IMG/VR virus record: IMGVR_UViG_3300045988_090152 | Span: 1-29,263 of that record | Reading direction: 5' to 3' (one strand) | Length of the DNA: 29,263 nt | Origin: a virus | In this document: positions 1 through 7,258 of the stretch, piece after piece | Numbering within the stretch: position 1 is the stretch's first letter | Layout of the letters: each line of letters starts with the position of its first letter | Notes under the pieces: generated by a model | Seen by the model: only the letters and a program-made list of their open reading frames with translations | Database searches by the model: none | Told to the model about the DNA's origin: nothing | Position numbers and translations under genes: made by a program

Positions 1-254
1 CCATCATCAAATATAATGACTAATATAGAGTTACATTTACTAAGTATATCAAACTTATCCCTATTTATAATTGTAGTTGGATATTTATCGGATTTAAATC
101 TTCTCCTTTTAACTTCAATTATATAATCTATATTATTCCAAGTAAATGTTCCATCATATCTGGAATAATCGTCTTTACATCATTCTATTTCTATATTATA
201 TTTATCTTTAAATAGATTCTTTATAAAGACTAAGCTTCTTATATCTGTTTTCAT
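1..254 (-). CDS. hypothetical protein, possible PD-(D/E)xK-type nuclease (C-terminus beyond window edge)
   Basis: ATG 254-252 overlaps the TAA of the upstream gene (TAATG). The frame is open to position 1 only if TGA at 180-182 is sense. Own translation: MKTDIRSLVFIKNLFKDKYNIEIE-W-CKDDYSRYDGTFTWNNIDYIIEVKRRRFKSDKYPTTIINRDKFDILSK... The D...E-V-K spacing resembles a PD-(D/E)xK core (motif level only). Not in the ORF track. Confidence 0.45.
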
Positions 255-493
255 TATCTTACATTATGAATTTTTAAGGTTACATCACAATACTGTTCAT
301 ATAATTCAGATACTTCTGAACTTCCAGGATTATGCCACATTACAGAGTCTAATTTATGCTGGAGTTCTGCCTGTTCTAATCTAAGCTCAAATGTTTTAGT
401 TTGGTAGTCTCCATAAGCATTATATACTCTAATACCAGCTATTCCCATTAAAATAATCGTTGCAATAATTGCATATTTAAATATATTTTTCAT
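254..493 (-). CDS. small membrane-anchored protein, function unknown
   Basis: 79-aa track ORF, ATG 493-491, TAA 254-256. N-terminal hydrophobic helix (YAIIATIILMGIAGI). First gene behind the leftward promoter at 539-570. Confidence 0.6.
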   Translation of the reverse strand: MKNIFKYAIIATIILMGIAGIRVYNAYGDYQTKTFELRLEQAELQHKLDSVMWHNPGSSEVSELYEQYCDVTLKIHNVR

Positions 494-538
494 AATTTAT
501 AAAGTTTAATTGTTAATATTATGTCTTTTATTGTAATA

Positions 539-570
539 CAAAGATAATACATTTTTATCCAATCTCCAAA
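539..570 (-). promoter_or_regulatory. Bacteroidota-type promoter, leftward
   Basis: On the minus strand: TTTG (570-567), 20-nt spacer, TATCTTTG (546-539), i.e. -33 TTTG / -7 TAnnTTTG. About 45 nt upstream of ATG 493. The 16-mer ATGTATTATCTTTGTA (552-537, minus) is identical to 726-741 (plus). Confidence 0.6.
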
Positions 571-618
571 TTTTTTAACAACTTTTTCAAAAAAAATTTA
601 AAATTTTTCATAAAAATA

Positions 619-650
619 TTTGGAGATTTAAAAATAATGTTGTATATTTG
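619..650 (+). promoter_or_regulatory. Bacteroidota-type promoter P1, rightward
   Basis: TTTG 619-622, 20-nt spacer, TATATTTG 643-650. Part of a ~47-nt module (611-657) repeated at 700-746 and, inverted, at 576-530. Confidence 0.6.
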
Positions 651-707
651 TACTATGAAAGTAAGAGATAATAAATAAAAAATTTATTAAAAATAATTGC
701 AAAAATA

Positions 708-739
708 TTTGGAAATTGAAATTTTATGTATTATCTTTG
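708..739 (+). promoter_or_regulatory. Bacteroidota-type promoter P2, rightward
   Basis: TTTG 708-711, 20-nt spacer, TATCTTTG 732-739. Tandem copy 89 nt downstream of P1. Confidence 0.6.
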
Positions 740-776
740 TACTATCAAACTAAAACTACTTCCATATTGAAAATTG

Positions 777-805
777 AGCTGGGATTAATTCCCAGTTTAA
801 TTTTA
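777..805 (+). terminator. short hairpin plus T-tract (weak terminator/attenuator candidate) between P2 and the helicase gene
   Basis: CTGGGA (779-784) / TCCCAG (790-795) with loop TTAAT. Extendable by G-T and A-T pairs (777/778 with 796/797). Followed by TTTAATTTTA. Confidence 0.35.
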
Positions 806-814
806 ACCTTTACT

Positions 815-862
815 GTAACTTTTTTACTAATATTTTGTAGTAAGATAAATAAAAAAAGTTAC
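815..862 (+). repeat. 48-nt conserved intergenic element, copy A
   Basis: GTAACTTTTTTACTAATATTTTGTAGTAAGATAAATAAAAAAAGTTAC. The 11-nt terminal inverted repeat is GTAACTTTTTT / AAAAAAGTTAC. Near-identical copies lie at 16834-16881 (+) and 25483-25436 (-). Sits 36 nt upstream of ATG 898. Confidence 0.7.
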
Positions 863-897
863 ATATAAAATTTATTAACTTATTAAAAATTACTATT

Positions 898-2616
898 ATG
901 AAAACTTATTTAAATAATTTAATCAATGAATTACCTACTAACTGCTTATTTGACAAAGGTAAAGTAGGATGTGGTGGAACTTCAATGGCTTTAGAGTGTG
1001 ATAAGCCTTATGTTATATGTGTTCCATTTGTAAGTTTAGTTGAGAATAAACTTGCTCAATATCCTAATGAAAGACGTAAAGAGCCTATTTTTGGAGTTTA
1101 TCAAGGTGTTACTAAGACAGATATTGAAGCTTATATATCTTCAGTTAAATGCCCTAAAATCATTGTTACTTATAATTCTCTTTATAAAGTAATAGAAGCA
1201 GTAAATCCTAAAGATTATAGCCTATTAATTGATGAATATCATATACTATTTAATCAATATAGTCTTAGAAGAGATGCAATTAAAGATGTATTAAAGACAT
1301 ATAGCTTATTTAAAGAATATACATTTATGACTGCTACTCCCTTAGAAGATGAATTTGTTTTAGATGAATTGTCTAAATTGCCATTAGTAAGACAAGAATG
1401 GGATGATGTTATTGAGACTAAAGTTCAGACTGTTAAATGCAAGAATGTAGAAGCTTCCACAATTAAGCTTATAAATGGATTTTTAAGTGGAAATGTTGAA
1501 GGTAATGCTTATATATTTGTTAACTCTGTTGACTTTATAAAGAATCTTATTTTAAAGGCTAAACTTACAGCAGATAACACAAGAGTAGTATATTCTAAGA
1601 ATAATAGAACTAAACTGCCAATTCAGAATTCTTCAGTAAATGATGAACCTAAGAAGATTAATTTATTGACTTCTACTGTATTTGAAGGTTCTGATATTTA
1701 TGATGAAAATGGAAGAATTATTGTAGTTAGTGATTCCTCTAAAGCTCAGACTCTTTTAGATATATCTACTTCAATTCAACAGATTGCTGGTAGAATTAGA
1801 AATAGTAAATATTTAAATTGGATTACTCATCTTTATTCAGCCACAAGATATGCAGAGATAGATTATGATACATTTAAAAATAATACATTAAAGAATATTG
1901 AAGAAACAAAGATTGCAGTTGAATCATACAATCAGCTTCCAGAAGTAGCTCGTAAGAAGATTACAGACTTTACAAGTGACACATATATTCAAATTAATGA
2001 GGATTATACCTTTGAATTTGACCCAAATATGGCTAAAGTAGATATATTCAATTTTAAGGTTGCAAGAGGTTTATACTCTGTAAGAGTTAATCTTACTAAT
2101 GAATATCTAAAGAATGGCTTTATAAAGGTTGCTGAATGTGAAGATAAATCTATTAAGATAGACCTTGAAGCTCCTAGTAAGTCATTTCAGGAGCTTATTA
2201 AAGATGTAAGAGCTGAATGGGAAACTAAATTTAAAGTTGGAACTCCTATATTAAATGAAGCTCTAATTAAATATCCTTGGTTAAATGATGCAATTAATAA
2301 ACTGGGATTTGAAAGAATGGCAACTTTGGGTTATTGCATTAAAGATATTAAAGAGGAACTTGTTAAAATATCAGATAAAAATATGCCAAATAAGGTTGCC
2401 AAATTACTTACAAGAGATATTCAGAATGGTATGTTCTACAATTTAGCTTTATTAAAGAATAGGATTGCTGATGTATATAAGACTTTAGGTATAAAGAAAA
2501 CTGCAAAGGCAACAGATATTGAACACTATTTTGAAGTTAGAAAATCAACTAAAACTGAAAAGGATGTTAGAAGCAAAGGATACATTATTATTAGACCAAG
2601 ATTCATATTTAAATAG
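898..2616 (+). CDS. SF2 (DExH-type) helicase-like protein with atypical Walker A
   Basis: 572-aa uninterrupted ORF with TAG stop. Motifs read from the translation: GKVGCGGTS (P-loop-like but lacking the Lys), LLIDEYH (motif II, DExH), FMTATP (motif III), QIAGRIRN (motif VI, QxxGRxxR). All four Trp are TGG and there is no TGA. Confidence 0.6.
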   Translation: MKTYLNNLINELPTNCLFDKGKVGCGGTSMALECDKPYVICVPFVSLVENKLAQYPNERRKEPIFGVYQGVTKTDIEAYISSVKCPKIIVTYNSLYKVIEAVNPKDYSLLIDEYHILFNQYSLRRDAIKDVLKTYSLFKEYTFMTATPLEDEFVLDELSKLPLVRQEWDDVIETKVQTVKCKNVEASTIKLINGFLSGNVEGNAYIFVNSVDFIKNLILKAKLTADNTRVVYSKNNRTKLPIQNSSVNDEPKKINLLTSTVFEGSDIYDENGRIIVVSDSSKAQTLLDISTSIQQIAGRIRNSKYLNWITHLYSATRYAEIDYDTFKNNTLKNIEETKIAVESYNQLPEVARKKITDFTSDTYIQINEDYTFEFDPNMAKVDIFNFKVARGLYSVRVNLTNEYLKNGFIKVAECEDKSIKIDLEAPSKSFQELIKDVRAEWETKFKVGTPILNEALIKYPWLNDAINKLGFERMATLGYCIKDIKEELVKISDKNMPNKVAKLLTRDIQNGMFYNLALLKNRIADVYKTLGIKKTAKATDIEHYFEVRKSTKTEKDVRSKGYIIIRPRFIFK

Positions 2617-2776
2617 AATTGCGGATATTAAAGAAACTCTTAAAAAGTCAGAAGATACTATTAAAGAGTTTGATAAGTGAATGAATGAATTTAAAGAGAA
2701 TTCTAAGAAATTAGGAGATATTATAGATAGAGTATTAGCACAAAGAGATTTTACATTTATTTCAAAATTTGATTAA
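2564..2776 (+). CDS. hypothetical coiled-coil mini-protein (70 aa if TGA 2678-2680 is Trp)
   Basis: Hand-translated: MLEAKDTLLLDQDSYLNRIADIKETLKKSEDTIKEFDK-W-MNEFKENSKKLGDIIDRVLAQRDFTFISKFD, TAA 2774-2776. Overlaps the helicase 3' end by 53 nt in another frame. TTG starts further upstream are possible. Alternatively two tiny ORFs split at TGA-ATG. Confidence 0.3.
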
Positions 2777-2778
2777 TT

Positions 2779-2913
2779 ATGGATGATTTTTTATTTAAAA
2801 AGCTTAAAGAACTAGAATATAGAATAGTTCAATTAGAAAACCAAAACAAAGGGTTAGTTTGGGAAGAAGTAGAAGAAAAACCAGAGATTCCTAACGCAAC
2901 ATATATTGACTAA
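2779..2913 (+). CDS. hypothetical mini-protein (44 aa)
   Basis: ATG 2779, MDDFLFKKLKELEYRIVQLENQNKGLVWEEVEEKPEIPNATYID, TAA 2911-2913. Starts 2 nt after the previous stop. Below the track length cut-off. Confidence 0.35.
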   Translation: MDDFLFKKLKELEYRIVQLENQNKGLVWEEVEEKPEIPNATYID

Positions 2914-2914
2914 T

Positions 2915-3055
2915 ATGAAGTACTTTACATATAAATTATGCTTAAATGGAATAAATTACGTTTATGTAATTCCTGAAAATAGTAAATTCTTAGTAGATTT
3001 ACAAACTGGAGAATTAATACCTAAAGATGAGAAATTATTTGAGATAATGGAATAA
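2915..3055 (+). CDS. hypothetical mini-protein (46 aa)
   Basis: ATG 2915 lies 1 nt after the previous TAA. MKYFTYKLCLNGINYVYVIPENSKFLVDLQTGELIPKDEKLFEIME, TAA 3053-3055, directly followed by the terminator. Confidence 0.35.
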   Translation: MKYFTYKLCLNGINYVYVIPENSKFLVDLQTGELIPKDEKLFEIME

Positions 3056-3057
3056 AC

Positions 3058-3095
3058 AAAAAGGAGGGTTATTTGCCCTCCTTTTCTTTTTTATT
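3058..3095. terminator. bidirectional rho-independent terminator between convergent units
   Basis: 10-bp stem AAAAGGAGGG (3059-3068) / CCCTCCTTTT (3076-3085), 7-nt loop, with T-runs following on both strands. The minus-strand HNH stop codon (3069-3071) lies in the loop. Confidence 0.75.
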
Positions 3096-3407
3096 AAACC
3101 TCTGATAATTACTTACTGCCGAATGTATAGCTTTATGACATACTGAACATAATGTTATCAAATCTTCCAAATGGTCTTGCTCCTCATATAAATTATCATA
3201 CCTCTTATGATGTACCGATAATGACCTGTTTCCGCCTTCCTCAACGCACCAATTACAAGTTTGGCAGTGGTAGTTATCTCGCAACAAAACTTGCTCTCTA
3301 ATCACCTTAAATTCCTTTGAGCGGATATATCTCTGGTACTTTAAATATTCTTCACTTCTTACTTTCCTCTTAGTCTTATGAAGCAATTTACTTGATTTGG
3401 AATCCAT
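3069..3407 (-). CDS. HNH endonuclease
   Basis: 112-aa ORF with CQTCNWC ... SVHHKRYDN ... LCSVCHKAIH (Cys pairs flanking an HH...N...H core). Basic N-terminus. Last gene of the minus-strand unit. Confidence 0.8.
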   Translation of the reverse strand: MDSKSSKLLHKTKRKVRSEEYLKYQRYIRSKEFKVIREQVLLRDNYHCQTCNWCVEEGGNRSLSVHHKRYDNLYEEQDHLEDLITLCSVCHKAIHSAVSNYQRFNKKEKEGK

Positions 3408-3409
3408 AA

Positions 3410-3862
3410 TTATATAATAGTAAATTTCTGTCGTCTTTGCATCCCGTCTTTATTCTTTAATCCCAAGTGTATTCAACTTGCTATACCATTCTTAGGCTTT
3501 TCATATATCAACTGGTCTCAATTTAATTCTTCGATAGCTTCAGCAATCCAACTTTGGAATACTTTCATATTACCATTAATTGGAGATATATCTGCTGCAT
3601 ACCCTGTTAAATGAGCAGAAGTTGAAGATCCTCCTACTGCTTTATTAAGCTCCTTATTTCTAAAACCAGAGGAAATCCTGATGCCTGCGTTACCAAGCTG
3701 ATTGTCATCACAATACTTTGCCCATCTCTCTCTTATTGGGTCTAAAAGCTTCTCGACCAACTCTATCAGGTGCTCTGTTATACTCTCATCTGGAGTGTTA
3801 TCTATATGCTTAATTGAAGCAGTATCAGATCTTGTTAATTCTTCGAGTGTGAAATACTTCAT
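3410..3862 (-). CDS. endolysin, M15-family (Peptidase_M15_3/VanY-like) zinc cell-wall peptidase, 150 aa with two TGA-Trp
   Basis: The track ORF (3518-3862) carries SGFRNKELNKAVGGSSTSAHLTGYAADI (H-x6-D). Reading through TGA 3518-3520 and 3473-3475 adds W-DQLIYEKPKNGIAS-W-IHLGLKNKDGMQRRQKFTII, then TAA 3410-3412, 2 nt before the HNH ATG. This supplies the expected C-terminal His. Confidence 0.8.
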
Positions 3863-4023
3863 TATTTAAGTATATCTTTAATCATAACATATCTATAAAA
3901 TAGATGTGAAGCCACACCTATTACAAGTAATACTACAGTAATCCAAAAAGGAATTACTTTGATTAGTAAACATATCAGCAGAATAATAACTACTGCAATT
4001 ACATATTTTAACCAATATTTCAT
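3862..4023 (-). CDS. holin-like protein (53 aa, two predicted TM helices)
   Basis: Hand-translated MKYWLKYVIAVVIILLICLLIKVIPFWITVVLLVIGVASHLFYRYVMIKDILK. The TAA overlaps the endolysin ATG (TAATG). Not in the track (too short). Confidence 0.55.
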   Translation of the reverse strand: MKYWLKYVIAVVIILLICLLIKVIPFWITVVLLVIGVASHLFYRYVMIKDILK

Positions 4024-4024
4024 A

Positions 4025-4681
4025 TTATATTTTATTTAAAATTATACTTATCTGTATTCCAGCTCTTCTTAGATGTACTCAAGTATCATAAGGCATAGGT
4101 GTATCACAGAATGATAAACCTAAAATGCCAATATCTTTATCCTCAGTCTTTAAATAAAATACTGCTATTTCATTCACTCTGTTGGATTTAAATGCATAAT
4201 ATAATCTTGGATCATCTGCTTCTAAACTATCTATATTACCAAACCATCCATCATTCTTAGAAAACTCTATAATTGAAGTATAGTCAGATAACAGGAAGTC
4301 TTTATAATGGCTACTTACAGATCTTATTCCTGGTTTTACTTCCTCTGCATTCATTACTCCATAAGTAAATGGAAGTCCTCCTAATCCAGTAGTTCCATTA
4401 TGATATTCAATAACCCAAGCTCTATCAGCATTGGTACTTTGAAGCAATTCTTTAAGCTTATATTTAATCTTCAAAGTTGCTTCATTTCTTGCAATAGTTT
4501 TAGAATTGTGAGTTTGTTCAATATAGGTTACAACCTTATTATAAACAATAGAGGGATTAAGTGTAATAACCATTACATAGGATATAAATATTAATCCAAT
4601 CCCTGCTTTAAATATCTTTAGTAATCCATATTTATCTACTCATTCTAATACCTTTCCAAACCAGTTTAATTTATTTTCCAT
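4025..4681 (-). CDS. membrane-anchored protein of the lysis cassette, function unknown (218 aa, two TGA-Trp)
   Basis: ATG 4681-4679 overlaps the upstream TAA (TAATG). N-terminus MENKLNWFGKVLE-W-VDKYGLLKIFKAGIGLIFISYVMVITL... with TGA at 4640-4642. The track ORF ends at TGA 4079-4081. Read-through adds WVHLRRAGIQISIILNKI and TAA 4025-4027, 1 nt before the holin ATG. Confidence 0.65.
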
Positions 4682-5106
4682 TACATATCATCAGTACAAG
4701 TACCCAGTGTGTTGTCAACTTGGAAATCAGCTCTAACAAACACTCCGCAGGTAATATCTTTGAACTTTTGATAGAATGGAGTATAAATTAAAGGATAAGC
4801 TATTTCAACTTCTGGATATAGGTTATTAAAACGATTAATTATATTTTGCAGTGCAAGCATACCTGCTGACTGTTCCTCCAATTGGTTGTTATCAGTCTCA
4901 TCCCATCTTGATACGAAGTATAGGTTTAAAGAGTAAGTAATAGTATCTTCATCTACACTAAAAGTATTAGGTGTTATATAGAACACATTATACTCAATAG
5001 TTGGTAAGCTATTTAACTCATAAATGTCTTTACTTCCTACAAAATTGATGTTTGGCTCTTCTAATGCACAAGCTTTTAAATTGCTAATTATCTCATAGTA
5101 GGTCAT
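4681..5106 (-). CDS. hypothetical virion (neck/connector-region) protein
   Basis: 141-aa uninterrupted ORF, ATG 5106, TAA 4681-4683. The call rests on position after the connector-like gene only. Confidence 0.5.
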   Translation of the reverse strand: MTYYEIISNLKACALEEPNINFVGSKDIYELNSLPTIEYNVFYITPNTFSVDEDTITYSLNLYFVSRWDETDNNQLEEQSAGMLALQNIINRFNNLYPEVEIAYPLIYTPFYQKFKDITCGVFVRADFQVDNTLGTCTDDM

Positions 5107-5108
5107 AA

Positions 5109-5795
5109 TTACTTACTCTTTTTATTATTACTTGAAGGGAAATCATAAGCTCTTTGAAGAGGTCCCTCTCCAGGTTTAATGCTCCATCCTTTACCTCTTG
5201 CTCCACCAAGCCAAATATTGCAAGATGAGCTAGAATAAAGATTGGGAAACATATCCTTTAATGGCTTATATGTATAAAGCTCAGGGAATTCATTATAATA
5301 TGTAATTATAAAGTCCTGTAAACGAGTCTTAAAGAAATCCGCCTTATCTCTATAATACTTCTTAATTTGATTTACTTGACTTGCTTCAGCAGCAATATCC
5401 TTCTCATCATCAGTTCTCATAACTCCAAAATTACCAAGCTTATAAGATATAGGAATTACTATCTCGCTAAGTACTTGATAAAGTAAATAAGGCTGAACAT
5501 AATAGTCTAATAGCTCTTTATATCTGTAGTTATCAGAATCATCAATAGAATCACTTGGAAGTGGCTCAGGAGGCTCTATTGGATGAACTGGAGTATGAGG
5601 ATCAATCCAATTAATACATTTCTTTTGTAATGCTTCCAATAGCTTAGTACCAATAGTTGACTGAAGTTCTACATCCTGAGCCAACTTAATTGCTGATTGA
5701 AGATACTTGCCAGAAACATTATTATCTAAGTTAGATTCAGATTTGATATAATCTTCACTAATTAGAAGTACATTTCTAAAATCCATTTGTTCCAT
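5109..5795 (-). CDS. head-tail connector/adaptor-like protein
   Basis: The track ORF starts at a TTG. The first ATG (5795) lies 1 nt after the upstream TAA (5797-5799). The N-terminal pattern ISEDYIKSESNLDNNVSGKYLQSAIKLAQDVELQSTIGTKLL resembles gp6-like connector N-termini (recollection only). Confidence 0.45.
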   Translation of the reverse strand: MEQMDFRNVLLISEDYIKSESNLDNNVSGKYLQSAIKLAQDVELQSTIGTKLLEALQKKCINWIDPHTPVHPIEPPEPLPSDSIDDSDNYRYKELLDYYVQPYLLYQVLSEIVIPISYKLGNFGVMRTDDEKDIAAEASQVNQIKKYYRDKADFFKTRLQDFIITYYNEFPELYTYKPLKDMFPNLYSSSSCNIWLGGARGKGWSIKPGEGPLQRAYDFPSSNNKKSK

Positions 5796-5796
5796 A

Positions 5797-6879
5797 TTAT
5801 TCAACTATTTTAGAATCAGCTGTATCTAAGCTAAATGGTGTAATTGTGATAGAATTCTTCATACCAAAGATTTTGTCAAATGTATCACAAATCTCTTTTT
5901 GCATAGGTTTAATCATCGTTCTATTATAGAGTTTAAATGATGAATTAAACTCTTGCTCATTAAATCCAGTAGAATCAGAGTTTATTCCAAATAAGTTAGG
6001 ATTAGCTCTAAATGCGCAGAATATCTGTTCTCTTGTCCTATCAGATAAAGCACTATATTTCTCATCAAAATCATCAGAGTCTAAACGTTCAATAGTAGTC
6101 TTATTTGTTTCATCATCATTATATGAAATAAGAACTCTACCAGCATTTTGAAATCCTGAGAATTTCTCATTAATATTCATCTCAATCTCTTCTTTAACTT
6201 CGTCTGTAGGCTGTCCATTATTAAAGTTAATGATAAGATTGCCCATAAATCCGTTATGAAGAGAATTTAGATGGAACTCATTAATATTCTTCTCAGTTTC
6301 GCAAGATAAGATAGCTGCACCATAAACAGGGACTGGATATACCTTTCTTGTTATATAGCCCTTATTATAAACAACGCTTGTAGGATTATCGTCTGAATAA
6401 TTAAATTTTGGATATTTGATAGCTTTAATAGACCAAGCAGACCAATCATCGGCATAATAGAATACTTCATTCTTTTCATCAGAACGAATCTTCATAAAGT
6501 CAAGATGATATATTTCTGAAACTCTACCTAACATATCTCTAATTATTTGTAAAGCATATCCTCCAAAAATCATCTTATCTTTAGATACTTTACGCATAAT
6601 ATCCATAATAGTCTCACCTTTCTTATTTACAGTTACTTCAAATCCTGGTGCATTACATATAACATCATTACCAACAATAAAGTCAGCAGTCCCATTAATG
6701 ATAGATTGAAGAGTAGCTACATTTAAATATAGATCCCATAAATATACAGGATAGCGATTATCTTCACCCCAAGAAATATAGTCCTTACCTCTAACTTTAC
6801 CTTCTACTGGCAATACGATGTTTGATACAATTACTGGATCAATTGCACTTAATTGTACTTTTGTTTTATTTTCGCTCAT
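5797..6879 (-). CDS. portal-like protein (360 aa)
   Basis: I start it at ATG 6879 (MSENKTKVQL...), a 14-nt overlap with the upstream gene end. The track start at 6936 lies inside the upstream CDS. The motif SWGEDNRYPVYLWDLYLNVATLQSIINGTADFIVG resembles small portal proteins (recollection only). Its placement far from terL is atypical. Confidence 0.5.
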   Translation of the reverse strand: MSENKTKVQLSAIDPVIVSNIVLPVEGKVRGKDYISWGEDNRYPVYLWDLYLNVATLQSIINGTADFIVGNDVICNAPGFEVTVNKKGETIMDIMRKVSKDKMIFGGYALQIIRDMLGRVSEIYHLDFMKIRSDEKNEVFYYADDWSAWSIKAIKYPKFNYSDDNPTSVVYNKGYITRKVYPVPVYGAAILSCETEKNINEFHLNSLHNGFMGNLIINFNNGQPTDEVKEEIEMNINEKFSGFQNAGRVLISYNDDETNKTTIERLDSDDFDEKYSALSDRTREQIFCAFRANPNLFGINSDSTGFNEQEFNSSFKLYNRTMIKPMQKEICDTFDKIFGMKNSITITPFSLDTADSKIVE

Positions 6880-7258
6880 AAGCCGTATATTTATTTTGTT
6901 TATCGTATTGGTATTTATTATTCTGATAATCTCCAACTCTTATTAGTCCTGAACTCAATACAGGTATAGGTTTACCAGCAACTAATATCTGTGTTCCTGT
7001 AGTAAGAGTATTTTCATAAGTTACCAGAATAACTGGATTACCATATAGCTCTGACTGCATAGGATTATTTACATCTACAATTACTTCAAGTTTATTTGGA
7101 TTACTAAACAGAATATACTGATATTCACCATCAGGCATATCATCAGATAATGTAATATCAAACTTATAGTAGATATTTTCAGCATAATTCTGATTTTCAA
7201 GGTCAAATAAATAAACTTCTTTTGTAATCGTATTCTGCATTAACAAAGTATAGTTCAT
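6866..7258 (-). CDS. hypothetical protein (130 aa)
   Basis: The track ORF starts at TTG 7267; the first ATG is at 7258 (MNYTLLMQNTITKEVY...). TAA 6866-6868. First gene after the terminator at 7330-7359. Confidence 0.55.
   Translation of the reverse strand: MNYTLLMQNTITKEVYLFDLENQNYAENIYYKFDITLSDDMPDGEYQYILFSNPNKLEVIVDVNNPMQSELYGNPVILVTYENTLTTGTQILVAGKPIPVLSSGLIRVGDYQNNKYQYDKQNKYTAYERK

Noticed and set aside
494-897. Suppressor tRNA or other structured RNA gene in the large intergenic region
   Set aside because: I found no cloverleaf-compatible GC-containing stems or T-loop-like GTTCGAATC sequence. The region is explained by three promoter modules, a small hairpin and element A. The other gaps (7259-7365, 13997-14079, 16781-16892, 25367-25485) are too short or are occupied by terminators and elements.
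4400-4594. Plus-strand 64-aa track ORF. The same reasoning covers the other antisense plus-strand ORFs at 8460-8651, 10941-11252, 12801-13067, 13071-13340, 15781-16068, 17037-17228, 17457-17750, 18604-18864 and 19294-19476.
   Set aside because: All lie entirely inside well-supported minus-strand genes. They have low-complexity Leu/Ile/Ser/Phe-rich translations typical of antisense frames in AT-rich DNA, and no start context.
6880-6936. Track-annotated upstream starts. Examples: 6936 for the portal-like gene, and TTG/GTG-derived M at 5804, 7267, 7788, 9016, 14394, 23270, 25162 and 27968.
   Set aside because: These M residues are alternative-start or out-of-context calls produced by standard-code fragmentation. 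ATG codons next to the upstream stop, or read-through continuity, give more parsimonious gene models.
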